57,406 nucleotides of DNA from a virus (taxonomy: Duplodnaviria > Caudoviricetes). Shown here in pieces: positions 1-7,457 of the stretch (positions within the stretch are counted from its first letter, which is position 1; each line of letters starts with the position of its first letter). The stretch covers positions 1-57,406 of the IMG/VR virus record IMGVR_UViG_3300027668_000001. One strand, given 5' to 3'. A model generated the notes under the pieces. The model did no database searches. It had not been told where the DNA came from and worked only from the letters and a program-made list of their open reading frames with translations. The translations under genes and the position numbers were made by a program.

Positions 1-127
1 AGACCTTGCACAAGATCAAAGACAAATCTCACTCTTTAGAAGTTTCAACTAAGTCTTTTTGTTTCAGCAATCGTAATGGTTGCTGTTTCATAAACACTTA
101 ACCTATATCTAGAAAGGATATATTATG
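1..127. repeat. Terminal overlap identical to 57280..57406 (circular assembly)
   Basis: The first 127 nt equal the last 127 nt, and ORF 56978..57331 runs into the overlap. The length is typical of an assembler k-mer overlap. Confidence 0.95.
50..127 (+). repeat. Early intergenic repeat, copy A (stop codon to start codon)
   Basis: TAAGTCTTTTTGTTTCAGCAATCGTAATGGTTGCTGTTTCATAAACACTTAACCTATATCTAGAAAGGATATATTATG; near-identical at 497..574 and 56898..56980. Confidence 0.95.
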
Positions 128-499
128 TTTATAGTAACTACACAGACTTTAGAGAACTACGGCGCTGTAGATTCAGATGGTAAGTTCGAAAACGGTAACG
201 CATATTGGAAGTTCAAGGGTGGTAACTACTACCAAGTTGAGGACTTGGATCGTCCACAGGACGCAATGGCATTCGTAGCCGCATTGCTCATGGGGGAGAA
301 CGACCTAGTAAACAAAGAGTTTCCACAAGAAGTGGTAAGGTTCACCCAGTGGATAGATGACCAGCCAGACGATGCAGGCGAGGAGCACTCCATCAGGGAT
401 TATTACCTATCAGTGGTCAAGAGAGTGTCACCCAAATGGTATCAAACCGGATACTATATTGAAACAGGTGACGATGGTTGCTCTTCCATAAACACTTAA
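125..499 (+). CDS. Early hypothetical protein (conserved marine phage type, ENYG...YWKFKGG)
   Basis: 124-aa ORF with an SD (AAAGGA) supplied by the repeat. Confidence 0.85.
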   Translation: MFIVTTQTLENYGAVDSDGKFENGNAYWKFKGGNYYQVEDLDRPQDAMAFVAALLMGENDLVNKEFPQEVVRFTQWIDDQPDDAGEEHSIRDYYLSVVKRVSPKWYQTGYYIETGDDGCSSINT

Positions 500-574
500 G
501 TCTTTTTGCTTCAGCAATCGTAATGGTTGCTGTTTCATAAACACTTAACCTATATCTTGAAAGGATATATTATG
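497..574 (+). repeat. Early intergenic repeat, copy B
   Basis: Near-identical to 50..127. Confidence 0.95.
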
Positions 575-1060
575 ACTAAACTACTAAAGTCTGCACGGAT
601 AAATGCTTACCATGCTTTTATTGCTGCTTACAAAACTAAACTTAAAGCCGAAGATGCGACTCATGATGATGATGCTGATTACGATGAAGCCTTTGATGCT
701 TATGAGAATGCTGAGAATGCTTTACAAACTGCTTCCGATACTTATAATGCTAGTCTGGATGCTTATGAAGATGATGTTATGTACAAACATGAACGTGGTC
801 GTTACAATGAGCGTGCAACTGATGATCAATACTGGTTCAATCTGGCGTACAGCGGGTTCTCATGTTATGTCTGGACCGAAGAACCAGTAAACACTGACTT
901 CACGATGTCAGTAACTAAACCATTCTCCTTCAAGGATGATGAAACCTTCAACCTGTCATACCACACTGGACCAAAGAAAATCCCAGACATAATATTAGGT
1001 TGGGAAAATGCTGGTTATGTGGTGACCGCTATTGATGAAAGGATATACAATGGCCGATAA
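572..1060 (+). CDS. Early acidic hypothetical protein
   Basis: Start moved to ATG 572, which follows the repeat's SD; D/E/A-rich N-terminal half. Confidence 0.8.
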   Translation: MTKLLKSARINAYHAFIAAYKTKLKAEDATHDDDADYDEAFDAYENAENALQTASDTYNASLDAYEDDVMYKHERGRYNERATDDQYWFNLAYSGFSCYVWTEEPVNTDFTMSVTKPFSFKDDETFNLSYHTGPKKIPDIILGWENAGYVVTAIDERIYNGR

Positions 1061-1532
1061 CGAAATAGTACGTGAAACATTCCATGAGCTGTACAAAGAA
1101 AATCAGCTCTTCTATACAGGAACATACGTAGAGTGTCTAGCAATACTAACAGAGTCTATGGATGATGACATAGCTCAAATATTTAAAGTAACAATCAAAG
1201 AGGAGGAATTGATGAAAATTACTGTTGGTAAACCTAAGCGTTGGGATAAGTCTCAAGTCCTAGAATTGTTTGATAACTCACCTGATCTAACGTTAGGAGA
1301 ACTATCTTATAGGTCTAAGTGGACAGTCAGAGAAATTCTAAACGTCTTAACTGAAGATCTGGATGGCGGTGATAACTGGACCGAAGAAGAAGTAGAGTCT
1401 GCTGAAGAATACGTTGCGTTCAGAGTAGAATATTCTAAAGAATACGCTGAGGTTGAGATGTTGGATAAACATGGCAGTGGTAACTACGCAGATGATACAG
1501 CTTTAGAGGAGGCTGATCTATGGCATCAGTAA
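1050..1532 (+). CDS. Early acidic hypothetical protein (possible internal start at 1212)
   Basis: AAAGGATATACAATG start; in-frame ATG 1212 is preceded by AGGAGG. Confidence 0.75.
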   Translation: MADNEIVRETFHELYKENQLFYTGTYVECLAILTESMDDDIAQIFKVTIKEEELMKITVGKPKRWDKSQVLELFDNSPDLTLGELSYRSKWTVREILNVLTEDLDGGDNWTEEEVESAEEYVAFRVEYSKEYAEVEMLDKHGSGNYADDTALEEADLWHQ

Positions 1533-1756
1533 GAATAGGACTGGATGGTGGGTACGAGGTATCCATCATTCAAGATGGTAATAAAAGAGTCGAATGTGCT
1601 CTTATAAACCCAGAGGGTGATATAACACCATTCTCTTCACAACTCTACCAAGAGCCAGAGGATGTTCATCGTGGACTTACTATAACTAAACTCATATCCC
1701 TACTGTCTAGGGCTAACAACTATGCATTGGAAGGATCATTTAAATGCAACAGATAA
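1520..1756 (+). CDS. Hypothetical protein
   Basis: 78-aa ORF with GGAGG SD, overlapping its neighbours. Confidence 0.75.
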   Translation: MASVRIGLDGGYEVSIIQDGNKRVECALINPEGDITPFSSQLYQEPEDVHRGLTITKLISLLSRANNYALEGSFKCNR

Positions 1757-1860
1757 CAAAACACAAAGCCATAGAAACAACTATGCGCAAATACCCAGCT
1801 ATGGATAAAGCCACAGCAACTCACTATGTCGAAGAGGTACTAGGGTACTTCAAAGATTAA
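1744..1860 (+). CDS. Small hypothetical protein (38 aa, MQQITKHKAIE...)
   Basis: Translated by hand; AAGGA SD; fills the gap between genes. Confidence 0.6.
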   Translation: MQQITKHKAIETTMRKYPAMDKATATHYVEEVLGYFKD

Positions 1861-1928
1861 CATACATAGATCTGAGGGATTTCACTAAGAGATCCCTCTA
1901 ACCTATAGATGTAACAAAGGAGAAACTA

Positions 1929-2036
1929 ATGTTGACTAATGTAATAGCAGTTGTGTTACTAGTTGTAACCATTGCATGTCTGGTATGGTACGCCCATAGC
2001 TGGTACAAAGTAATGGTGGACTATGATGTTGACTAG
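1929..2036 (+). CDS. Small membrane peptide (35 aa, MLTNVIAVVLLVVTIACLVWY...)
   Basis: Translated by hand; AAAGGAG SD; one hydrophobic segment. Confidence 0.65.
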   Translation: MLTNVIAVVLLVVTIACLVWYAHSWYKVMVDYDVD

Positions 2037-2196
2037 CAGAACAATCTCAGCTCCCATTCAGAAAAGCATATCGGTAGTACTGATGCTGTTATCTTTGGGA
2101 GTTATTCTAGTATCCATCTCAGGATTCTTACAATCAACTAGTGTACATGATGCAGCGCACGACCAAAGACACGCTATGTCATTCCCCTGCCACTAA
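2023..2196 (+). CDS. cbtB: CbtB-domain protein (putative cobalt transporter subunit), 57 aa
   Basis: Hand translation MMLTSRTISAPIQKSISVVLMLLSLGVILVSISGFLQSTSVHDAAHDQRHAMSFPCH: one TM helix plus the HxAAHDxRHxxxFPCH C-terminal signature. Confidence 0.85.
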   Translation: MMLTSRTISAPIQKSISVVLMLLSLGVILVSISGFLQSTSVHDAAHDQRHAMSFPCH

Positions 2197-2200
2197 AAGT

Positions 2201-2223
2201 AATCGACCCACAGGGGGTCAATT
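2201..2223 (+). promoter_or_regulatory. Conserved hairpin element (putative virion-RNAP promoter)
   Basis: AATCGACCC-ACAGG-GGGTCAATT, upstream of the SSB gene. Confidence 0.65.
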
Positions 2224-2267
2224 TAAAAAGAGGGATACTCTCTCATAACCCACGTAAAGGAAATATA

Positions 2268-2789
2268 ATGATTACTCTTTCTAAACCACGGAACTTCATG
2301 ATCACTAACGCCGAAGCCTATTACCCTAAGCTGGAAACACCTCAGATTGGTAAAGGCACAGTCAATGGTCGGCCTTTCACTACACCATTGCAGTTTGAAA
2401 TTCAGCTACGAGCTAAAGACGCAGCCACTCTACAGCTATGGAAAGATAACCATCTGCCTGTGAGAGAGAACAAAGACGGTGTGTCTAGCTTAACCATTCG
2501 ACGCCGTGCTCTAAAAGCAGATGGCAGCGACAATGGTAAGCCTCGTGTAGTTGGTAACGATAAGCAACCAATGGACGCTAAAATCATTGGCAATGGTTCA
2601 ACAGTTAATGTTATCGTATGGCAAGCGCCTTATGGTGACAATAACGAATCAATATTCAATTCTCTCACAGCTGTACAAGTGACTGAGCTTATTGAATACA
2701 GCGGCAGTGACATCGACTTTGATGTGCTTGGTGAAATGTCACCTACTGTTTCTGGTGAGAAAGATGAAGACTTAGAGGCAATGTTCTAA
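2268..2789 (+). CDS. Putative single-stranded DNA-binding protein (gp2.5-like)
   Basis: IGNGSTVNV and LTAVQV motifs; acidic C-terminal tail ending in F. Confidence 0.7.
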   Translation: MITLSKPRNFMITNAEAYYPKLETPQIGKGTVNGRPFTTPLQFEIQLRAKDAATLQLWKDNHLPVRENKDGVSSLTIRRRALKADGSDNGKPRVVGNDKQPMDAKIIGNGSTVNVIVWQAPYGDNNESIFNSLTAVQVTELIEYSGSDIDFDVLGEMSPTVSGEKDEDLEAMF

Positions 2790-2953
2790 TGTCAGTTTTC
2801 TTACTAGCATGTGCTAATCTCTATTTAGTTATGGTGTTTAGTATCGCAGCGGTGGAGATTACATCTGATGTGATCATCCACTTAGCTCCACAGGAATCAA
2901 TCGCTGTTGAAACTATAGACCCGATGAATCCTAATTCAATTCCAGATGCATAA
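2789..2953 (+). CDS. Small membrane protein (54 aa)
   Basis: TAATG coupling to the SSB stop; hydrophobic N-terminus MSVFLLACANLYLVMVFSIAAV. Confidence 0.5.
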   Translation: MSVFLLACANLYLVMVFSIAAVEITSDVIIHLAPQESIAVETIDPMNPNSIPDA

Positions 2954-2961
2954 CTCCAAGG

Positions 2962-2984
2962 AATCCGACCACAGGGGCCGGATT
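2962..2984 (+). promoter_or_regulatory. Conserved hairpin element (putative virion-RNAP promoter)
   Basis: AATCCGACC-ACAGG-GGCCGGATT followed by TAAAAAGA. Confidence 0.65.
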
Positions 2985-3117
2985 TAAAAAGATAATCCCT
3001 GTCCATAACTGGATATTTGCTTATAATCATAAAGATAGCTAATTAAGATTATCAAAACACCTAAGTATGTGTATAAACTACTTACATAATTCTAATACAA
3101 CACTAAGATGTGTTGTC

Positions 3118-3293
3118 TGTTCCAACTGTTGAGTTTGGGTTCTTTAATCCTTTCAAGCTCAAGCTCCGGTTGGAACAACTAATACAAGTGACTCCGATCC
3201 GAACTCCTTGCTGAAGTTCTCGTTGAAGTCCTTGTACCCCTGACTGTTGAGATTCAGTGACCCTTAAAGTCGCGCGGTGATCTCCAGTCAGGG
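3118..3293 (+). ncRNA. Candidate structured RNA with three consecutive long stem-loops
   Basis: Stems at 3118-3177, 3183-3236 and 3238-3293, with G-U pairs on the plus strand; no ORF. Confidence 0.5.
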
Positions 3294-3376
3294 TTCAAAG
3301 TTTTTAAATAGAATCCCTTACGGGATGCTGTTTTTAATAGGAGTCTCTAAAACCCAGAGGTTTTAAAGATTCCTAA

Positions 3377-3439
3377 GAGATCCTAATGGATCTCGTTTAG
3401 GATTCCTCCAGGAATCCTTAGTGACCCTAAGGGGTCACT
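3377..3439. repeat. Cluster of three short perfect inverted repeats
   Basis: GAGATCC/GGATCTC, AGGATTCCT/AGGAATCCT, AGTGACCC/GGGTCACT. Confidence 0.8.
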
Positions 3440-3587
3440 GTGATTTTTGGATGGTCCGACAAGACTTTTTCAAACAAGAGGCATTTAAAAATATCTATTT
3501 TATTCGGTGTGTGGATAGTTGGTTACATTACGGTTGCAACTACCAGAAAAACAACTTAACTAAAATTAGTCATGAAAGGCTATAACA

Positions 3588-3803
3588 ATGACAACAGTAA
3601 ATCCAATCGGTCGTAACAACTTGCAATTTCGTCGTGTAACAAAACGTTATGGTAAGCCAGTAGGTTCATTCTCAGGTCACCAAGGTTACCTCTCAGTAGC
3701 TCGTGATGTTGAGACAGGTCAGTTTGTGTCCCGTTCTAAACTATCAGAATCTACAATAGATCGTATTCGTAAAGTTATCAAAGTACGTGGCTTCAACAAA
3801 TAG
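3588..3803 (+). CDS. Small basic hypothetical protein
   Basis: 71 aa, R/K-rich, GAAAGG SD. Confidence 0.8.
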   Translation: MTTVNPIGRNNLQFRRVTKRYGKPVGSFSGHQGYLSVARDVETGQFVSRSKLSESTIDRIRKVIKVRGFNK

Positions 3804-3815
3804 GAGAATTAGAAA

Positions 3816-4001
3816 TTGGATAAAGCAAATATCTTTTGGACAGCAGAAGGGGAAGTGGTTATAGAAATTATGGAAAGAGCATTGATACTATCACGTGTAG
3901 AAGCAGAGGTACTGTTCACAGACCTAGGTCACACACTCAGAGATATGCACGACTGTATGGACAATAACGCAGAGGACACTGGTGAACAACCAGATGGCTG
4001 A
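3816..4001 (+). CDS. Hypothetical protein
   Basis: TTG start with AGGAG SD. Confidence 0.65.
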   Translation: MDKANIFWTAEGEVVIEIMERALILSRVEAEVLFTDLGHTLRDMHDCMDNNAEDTGEQPDG

Positions 4002-4239
4002 TATACTCCCATTCAAATTAAAACCAATCGGTCTTGATGGTGCAAAAATGAAAGAAGATACCTTCAGACGAGTAGATGAATTATTCAACATAACTATGTG
4101 GATAGGCACAGACGAACAATACGAGATAGACATGTTTAGCAACGAAGATTACTCTGATCAAGAAATCTTTGAAGGAATAGAATGTCTATATGCTAAATTC
4201 GGAATTGAACATGGGTTCTTTTCAGAAGAAGAAGACTAA
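3994..4239 (+). CDS. Acidic hypothetical protein
   Basis: ATG 3994 overlaps the end of the upstream gene. Confidence 0.7.
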   Translation: MADILPFKLKPIGLDGAKMKEDTFRRVDELFNITMWIGTDEQYEIDMFSNEDYSDQEIFEGIECLYAKFGIEHGFFSEEED

Positions 4240-4257
4240 CCTTAAAGGGGAAGAGTT

Positions 4258-4680
4258 ATGATCTCAGAAGTATATTATAATCTAAGAAAGAAACTCTTCT
4301 CCATTAAGCAGAAGGGTAAAGTAAAATACCACAACGATAACGTAGTAATATACAAGGCTAAATTTGTAGTGCAAAACGGTGGTAGGTTACGTGTGTTACG
4401 TACAAAACAGAAGAATGTCCATGCATTTGTTCGTGGACAATTCGTAGGTAATGTCTGTCTTGACTTTGATGGTGAAATGAAAAGGGCCTTCTATAATCCA
4501 TACATCTTAAAGCAATTCATAGAGTTTGATAGTTTATTAGAAGATGAACACAAACCTGTAGTGGAAGCAGAATACGCATGGTTAACAATGAATGAAGGTT
4601 ATCCTGTAATAAAATACATCCCATATGAAAGCAAAGCACATGACAAAACCAGCAGTACACATCTCAATAATGACAGGTAA
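4258..4680 (+). CDS. Conserved phage hypothetical protein
   Basis: VYYNL...KNVHAFVRG...YNPY motif pattern. Confidence 0.8.
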   Translation: MISEVYYNLRKKLFSIKQKGKVKYHNDNVVIYKAKFVVQNGGRLRVLRTKQKNVHAFVRGQFVGNVCLDFDGEMKRAFYNPYILKQFIEFDSLLEDEHKPVVEAEYAWLTMNEGYPVIKYIPYESKAHDKTSSTHLNNDR

Positions 4681-5269
4681 ACTCCAAGGTCTAAAAGCAA
4701 TCAGTACAAACACCAAGACAAATGAGTACTGCATAGATCAACACAAGAAAGCCATAGACAATAAGACAGATAATATATGCGGAGATTGTTACAGCCACAA
4801 AATGCTAGATGGTTTCCGTAAGAACATGGCACCTGCCCTTCAAAGAAACAGTGACATCCTATCATCAAGACCATTAGAACCACATGAGATACCAAGGATT
4901 ATAGACAGCATCTTCAGATTCAATGCGCATGGTGAGATAATAAACATGCAACACTTAGATAATCTGATGCGTATAGTTCTAGATAATCCTTGGTGTCGCT
5001 TTGCCTTGTGGACTAAACGAACAGACTTTGTATTCCGCTGGATGAAAACATATGGTAAACCAAAGAACCTAAATCTAATCTATAGTAACCCTAAGAAAAG
5101 TATGATTATGTCAAAGCCTCCTAGGTACTTTGATAAAACATTCAACAATGTCTTAACCGATGAGTTCACAGAGCGACAGAACTGCACTGGTCAAAAGTGT
5201 CAAGACTGTCGTTTATGCTATGAAATCAATGATGTAGATACAATTGTAGAAAAAGTAAAGAAATACTAA
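4625..5269 (+). CDS. Cys-rich GP88-like protein
   Basis: CxxCY, FRFNAHGE, LWTK and C-terminal CxxxxCxxCxxC motifs. Confidence 0.6.
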   Translation: MKAKHMTKPAVHISIMTGKLQGLKAISTNTKTNEYCIDQHKKAIDNKTDNICGDCYSHKMLDGFRKNMAPALQRNSDILSSRPLEPHEIPRIIDSIFRFNAHGEIINMQHLDNLMRIVLDNPWCRFALWTKRTDFVFRWMKTYGKPKNLNLIYSNPKKSMIMSKPPRYFDKTFNNVLTDEFTERQNCTGQKCQDCRLCYEINDVDTIVEKVKKY

Positions 5270-5550
5270 TGGAAAATAAAATAGACAACTCAGATGTAAT
5301 AGCACTAGCTGCTGAAATTACAGAATACATAGTTTACGAACTGGTGTATGGTGGACCAATAAAAATTCAAGAAGAGAATGGTGATGAACGTTATACAGAC
5401 GAAGCACAAGAAGTATTCAATGATCACTATGGTGAAATAAAAGACATTATAGAGAAAGGGCTAGGACTGTCAGAACCAGAGAAACCAGAGCAAGAATCTA
5501 TACAAGATCTTCTTAATAAATTAACCTTAAAAAACTACTTAAAGGGATAA
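5269..5550 (+). CDS. Acidic hypothetical protein
   Basis: 93-aa ORF, translationally coupled. Confidence 0.75.
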   Translation: MENKIDNSDVIALAAEITEYIVYELVYGGPIKIQEENGDERYTDEAQEVFNDHYGEIKDIIEKGLGLSEPEKPEQESIQDLLNKLTLKNYLKG

Positions 5551-5552
5551 CC

Positions 5553-5867
5553 ATGACAATCTATATGAATCAATACCAAGATAAAGCTAAAGAAACTGCA
5601 ATTTTCCCACAAAGACAAGGGATTACCTACTTGGCATTAGGTTTATGTGGAGAAGCTGGGGAAGTTGCAAATAAAATAAAGAAATGTATACGTGATGGTG
5701 CATCATATGATGGCATTGCAGCAGAACTCGGAGATGTACTCTGGTATGTCGCAGTACTTGCAGAATACCTCGGAGAAGACCTAAACACAATTGCAGCAGG
5801 TAACCTTAAGAAACTAAGTGACCGTGCCTCTAAGGGTACTCTACAGGGCTCAGGTGATAACAGATGA
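5553..5867 (+). CDS. mazG: MazG-like nucleotide pyrophosphohydrolase
   Basis: LGLCGEAGEVANKIKK...ELGDVLWY...GSGDNR. Confidence 0.9.
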   Translation: MTIYMNQYQDKAKETAIFPQRQGITYLALGLCGEAGEVANKIKKCIRDGASYDGIAAELGDVLWYVAVLAEYLGEDLNTIAAGNLKKLSDRASKGTLQGSGDNR

Positions 5868-5926
5868 TGCTACTAGCCTTTCTGGCCTGCATCCTCATAG
5901 TTCTCATGGCAGCAATGATGAAATGA
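5864..5926 (+). CDS. 20-aa hydrophobic peptide (MMLLAFLACILIVLMAAMMK)
   Basis: ATGA overlaps with both mazG and the methyltransferase. Confidence 0.5.
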   Translation: MMLLAFLACILIVLMAAMMK

Positions 5927-6654
5927 CTAAAAACATTGTAATAAGTTTGTACGACTTCACAGGTGAAGCACTCAAACCTTGGGCAGCAGCAGGTTACACT
6001 TGCTATGCCTTCGATATACAGCATGACCCACATGAAACAACAACTAGATATTCTCAGATTAATGCTAAAGGTTCTATTGAGTACGTACACGCTGATCTAC
6101 ATAACCCTGAAACCTTAAACAATATTCAAAACTATTTTGTCTACGAGAATGTAGTATTCGGCATGGCCTTCCCAGTATGCACTGACATGGCTGTATCTGG
6201 TGCGGCTCACTTCAAGCGTAAGGCAGAGGCAAACCCAAACTTTCAGATTGAGGCAGTAAGTCATGCCAAGGAATGTGCCAAGTTATTTAACAGTATGCGT
6301 ATTCCATACTTTATAGAAAACCCTGTCAGTGTACTGGCAACCAAATGGCGTAAGCCTGACTATAGATTTCATCCTTACGAGTATGGTGGATACATACCTG
6401 ACAATCAAGCAGAGCACCCACGCTGGCCTGAATACATAGCAGCCAAAGATGCGTATCATAAAAAGACATGCCTGTGGACAGGAGGAGACTTCATTATGCC
6501 TCCAACTTTACCAGTAGAACCTGAGGAAGGACACAGCAGACAGCACAGGAAGCTGGGTGGTAAGTCACAACGTACCAAAGATATACGCTCAGCCACACCA
6601 CGTGGCTTTGCTATAGCAATCTATGAGATAAATAGAGAGGACTGGTGTACATAA
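5923..6654 (+). CDS. DNA cytosine methyltransferase (phage Dcm-like)
   Basis: ISLYD/AFDI SAM-binding region, FPVCT catalytic motif, IENP motif and RSATP tail. Confidence 0.75.
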   Translation: MTKNIVISLYDFTGEALKPWAAAGYTCYAFDIQHDPHETTTRYSQINAKGSIEYVHADLHNPETLNNIQNYFVYENVVFGMAFPVCTDMAVSGAAHFKRKAEANPNFQIEAVSHAKECAKLFNSMRIPYFIENPVSVLATKWRKPDYRFHPYEYGGYIPDNQAEHPRWPEYIAAKDAYHKKTCLWTGGDFIMPPTLPVEPEEGHSRQHRKLGGKSQRTKDIRSATPRGFAIAIYEINREDWCT

Positions 6655-6656
6655 TA

Positions 6657-6902
6657 ATGCCATTCACAATAGAGGAAAAACCTTGGACCACTGAGATAGT
6701 TATCATGGATGATTCAGGAGATGATATTGACCTCGCAATAATCATAGAAAACGTAGGGGAATACGAAGGCTATGTATCTATGAGACAATTCAATGAAGAC
6801 ATAGGATGTTATGATGTAATAACCATGTCACCCTTAATGTTCAAAGATCTTATGAAATCCTTTGATTCCCCAGAGGGTTTCCACGGACTTCTATGGAAAT
6901 AA
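6657..6902 (+). CDS. Acidic hypothetical protein
   Basis: ORF immediately before the terminator. Confidence 0.7.
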   Translation: MPFTIEEKPWTTEIVIMDDSGDDIDLAIIIENVGEYEGYVSMRQFNEDIGCYDVITMSPLMFKDLMKSFDSPEGFHGLLWK

Positions 6903-6954
6903 AAAAAAGAACCCAGAGACTCTCACAGAGAATCTTTGGGTTCTTATAATTTTT
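6901..6954. terminator. Bidirectional intrinsic terminator
   Basis: AAGAACCCAGAGA...TCTTTGGGTTCTT stem with an A-run on the left and T-rich sequence on the right, between convergent genes. Confidence 0.8.
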
Positions 6955-6958
6955 CAAT

Positions 6959-7008
6959 AACCGACAAGCCGCACTAACTTGTTTTTTTGTAAACCGACAA
7001 GCCGCACT
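6959..7008 (+). repeat. 17-bp direct repeat AACCGACAAGCCGCACT x2
   Basis: Copies at 6959-6975 and 6992-7008, each followed by a T-rich run. Confidence 0.9.
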
Positions 7009-7037
7009 GGCATTTTCTTTCAGGTTCTATCAGAACC

Positions 7038-7430
7038 TCACACTATCCTAAGTGCTCGTATCTTGCTGTCGAGTTCTTCATCAGATAAACTCTCAGCGCC
7101 TATCTCCTCAATCTGAAGCTCCCTACGCTGTAGCTTAGGCTGCTCATACTCTGCAATCTTTGATGCAAGATCACTAGCAGTATCAAAGTCTTCTTTGTCT
7201 AAAGATTTAAACATAAGTATCTTTAAGACATCTAGAGAGTTCATATCGATATGGTCTAGTACATCTTCTTTGTACTGACGCCAATCTTTCATGCTCATCT
7301 TTAAGGCTTCTCTAGCATCTCTTGCTGCTTTACGAGAAGCTGCTGATTTCAATTGCATCTCCTTAGCATTTTCTTTAGTGAATGAAGGTGCTAAATTTTT
7401 AAGGCTGTTTGGATGAACCTCTCTAGTCAT
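7038..7430 (-). CDS. Putative terminase small subunit / DNA-packaging protein
   Basis: HPNSLKNL N-terminal motif; helical; has its own late-type promoter; no terS next to terL. Confidence 0.5.
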   Translation of the reverse strand: MTREVHPNSLKNLAPSFTKENAKEMQLKSAASRKAARDAREALKMSMKDWRQYKEDVLDHIDMNSLDVLKILMFKSLDKEDFDTASDLASKIAEYEQPKLQRRELQIEEIGAESLSDEELDSKIRALRIV

Positions 7431-7457
7431 AGTAATTACCTCTTATTATACTTTATT

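Noticed and set aside
50-574. Early repeats as a CRISPR array or integron attC array
   Set aside because: The repeats are about 78 bp and the spacers are whole genes. No cas gene or tyrosine integrase is present, and I see no attC R-box ends.
603-890. Met/Leu-rich 95-aa ORF
   Set aside because: Alternate-frame product of the GAT/GCT-rich codons in 572..1060.
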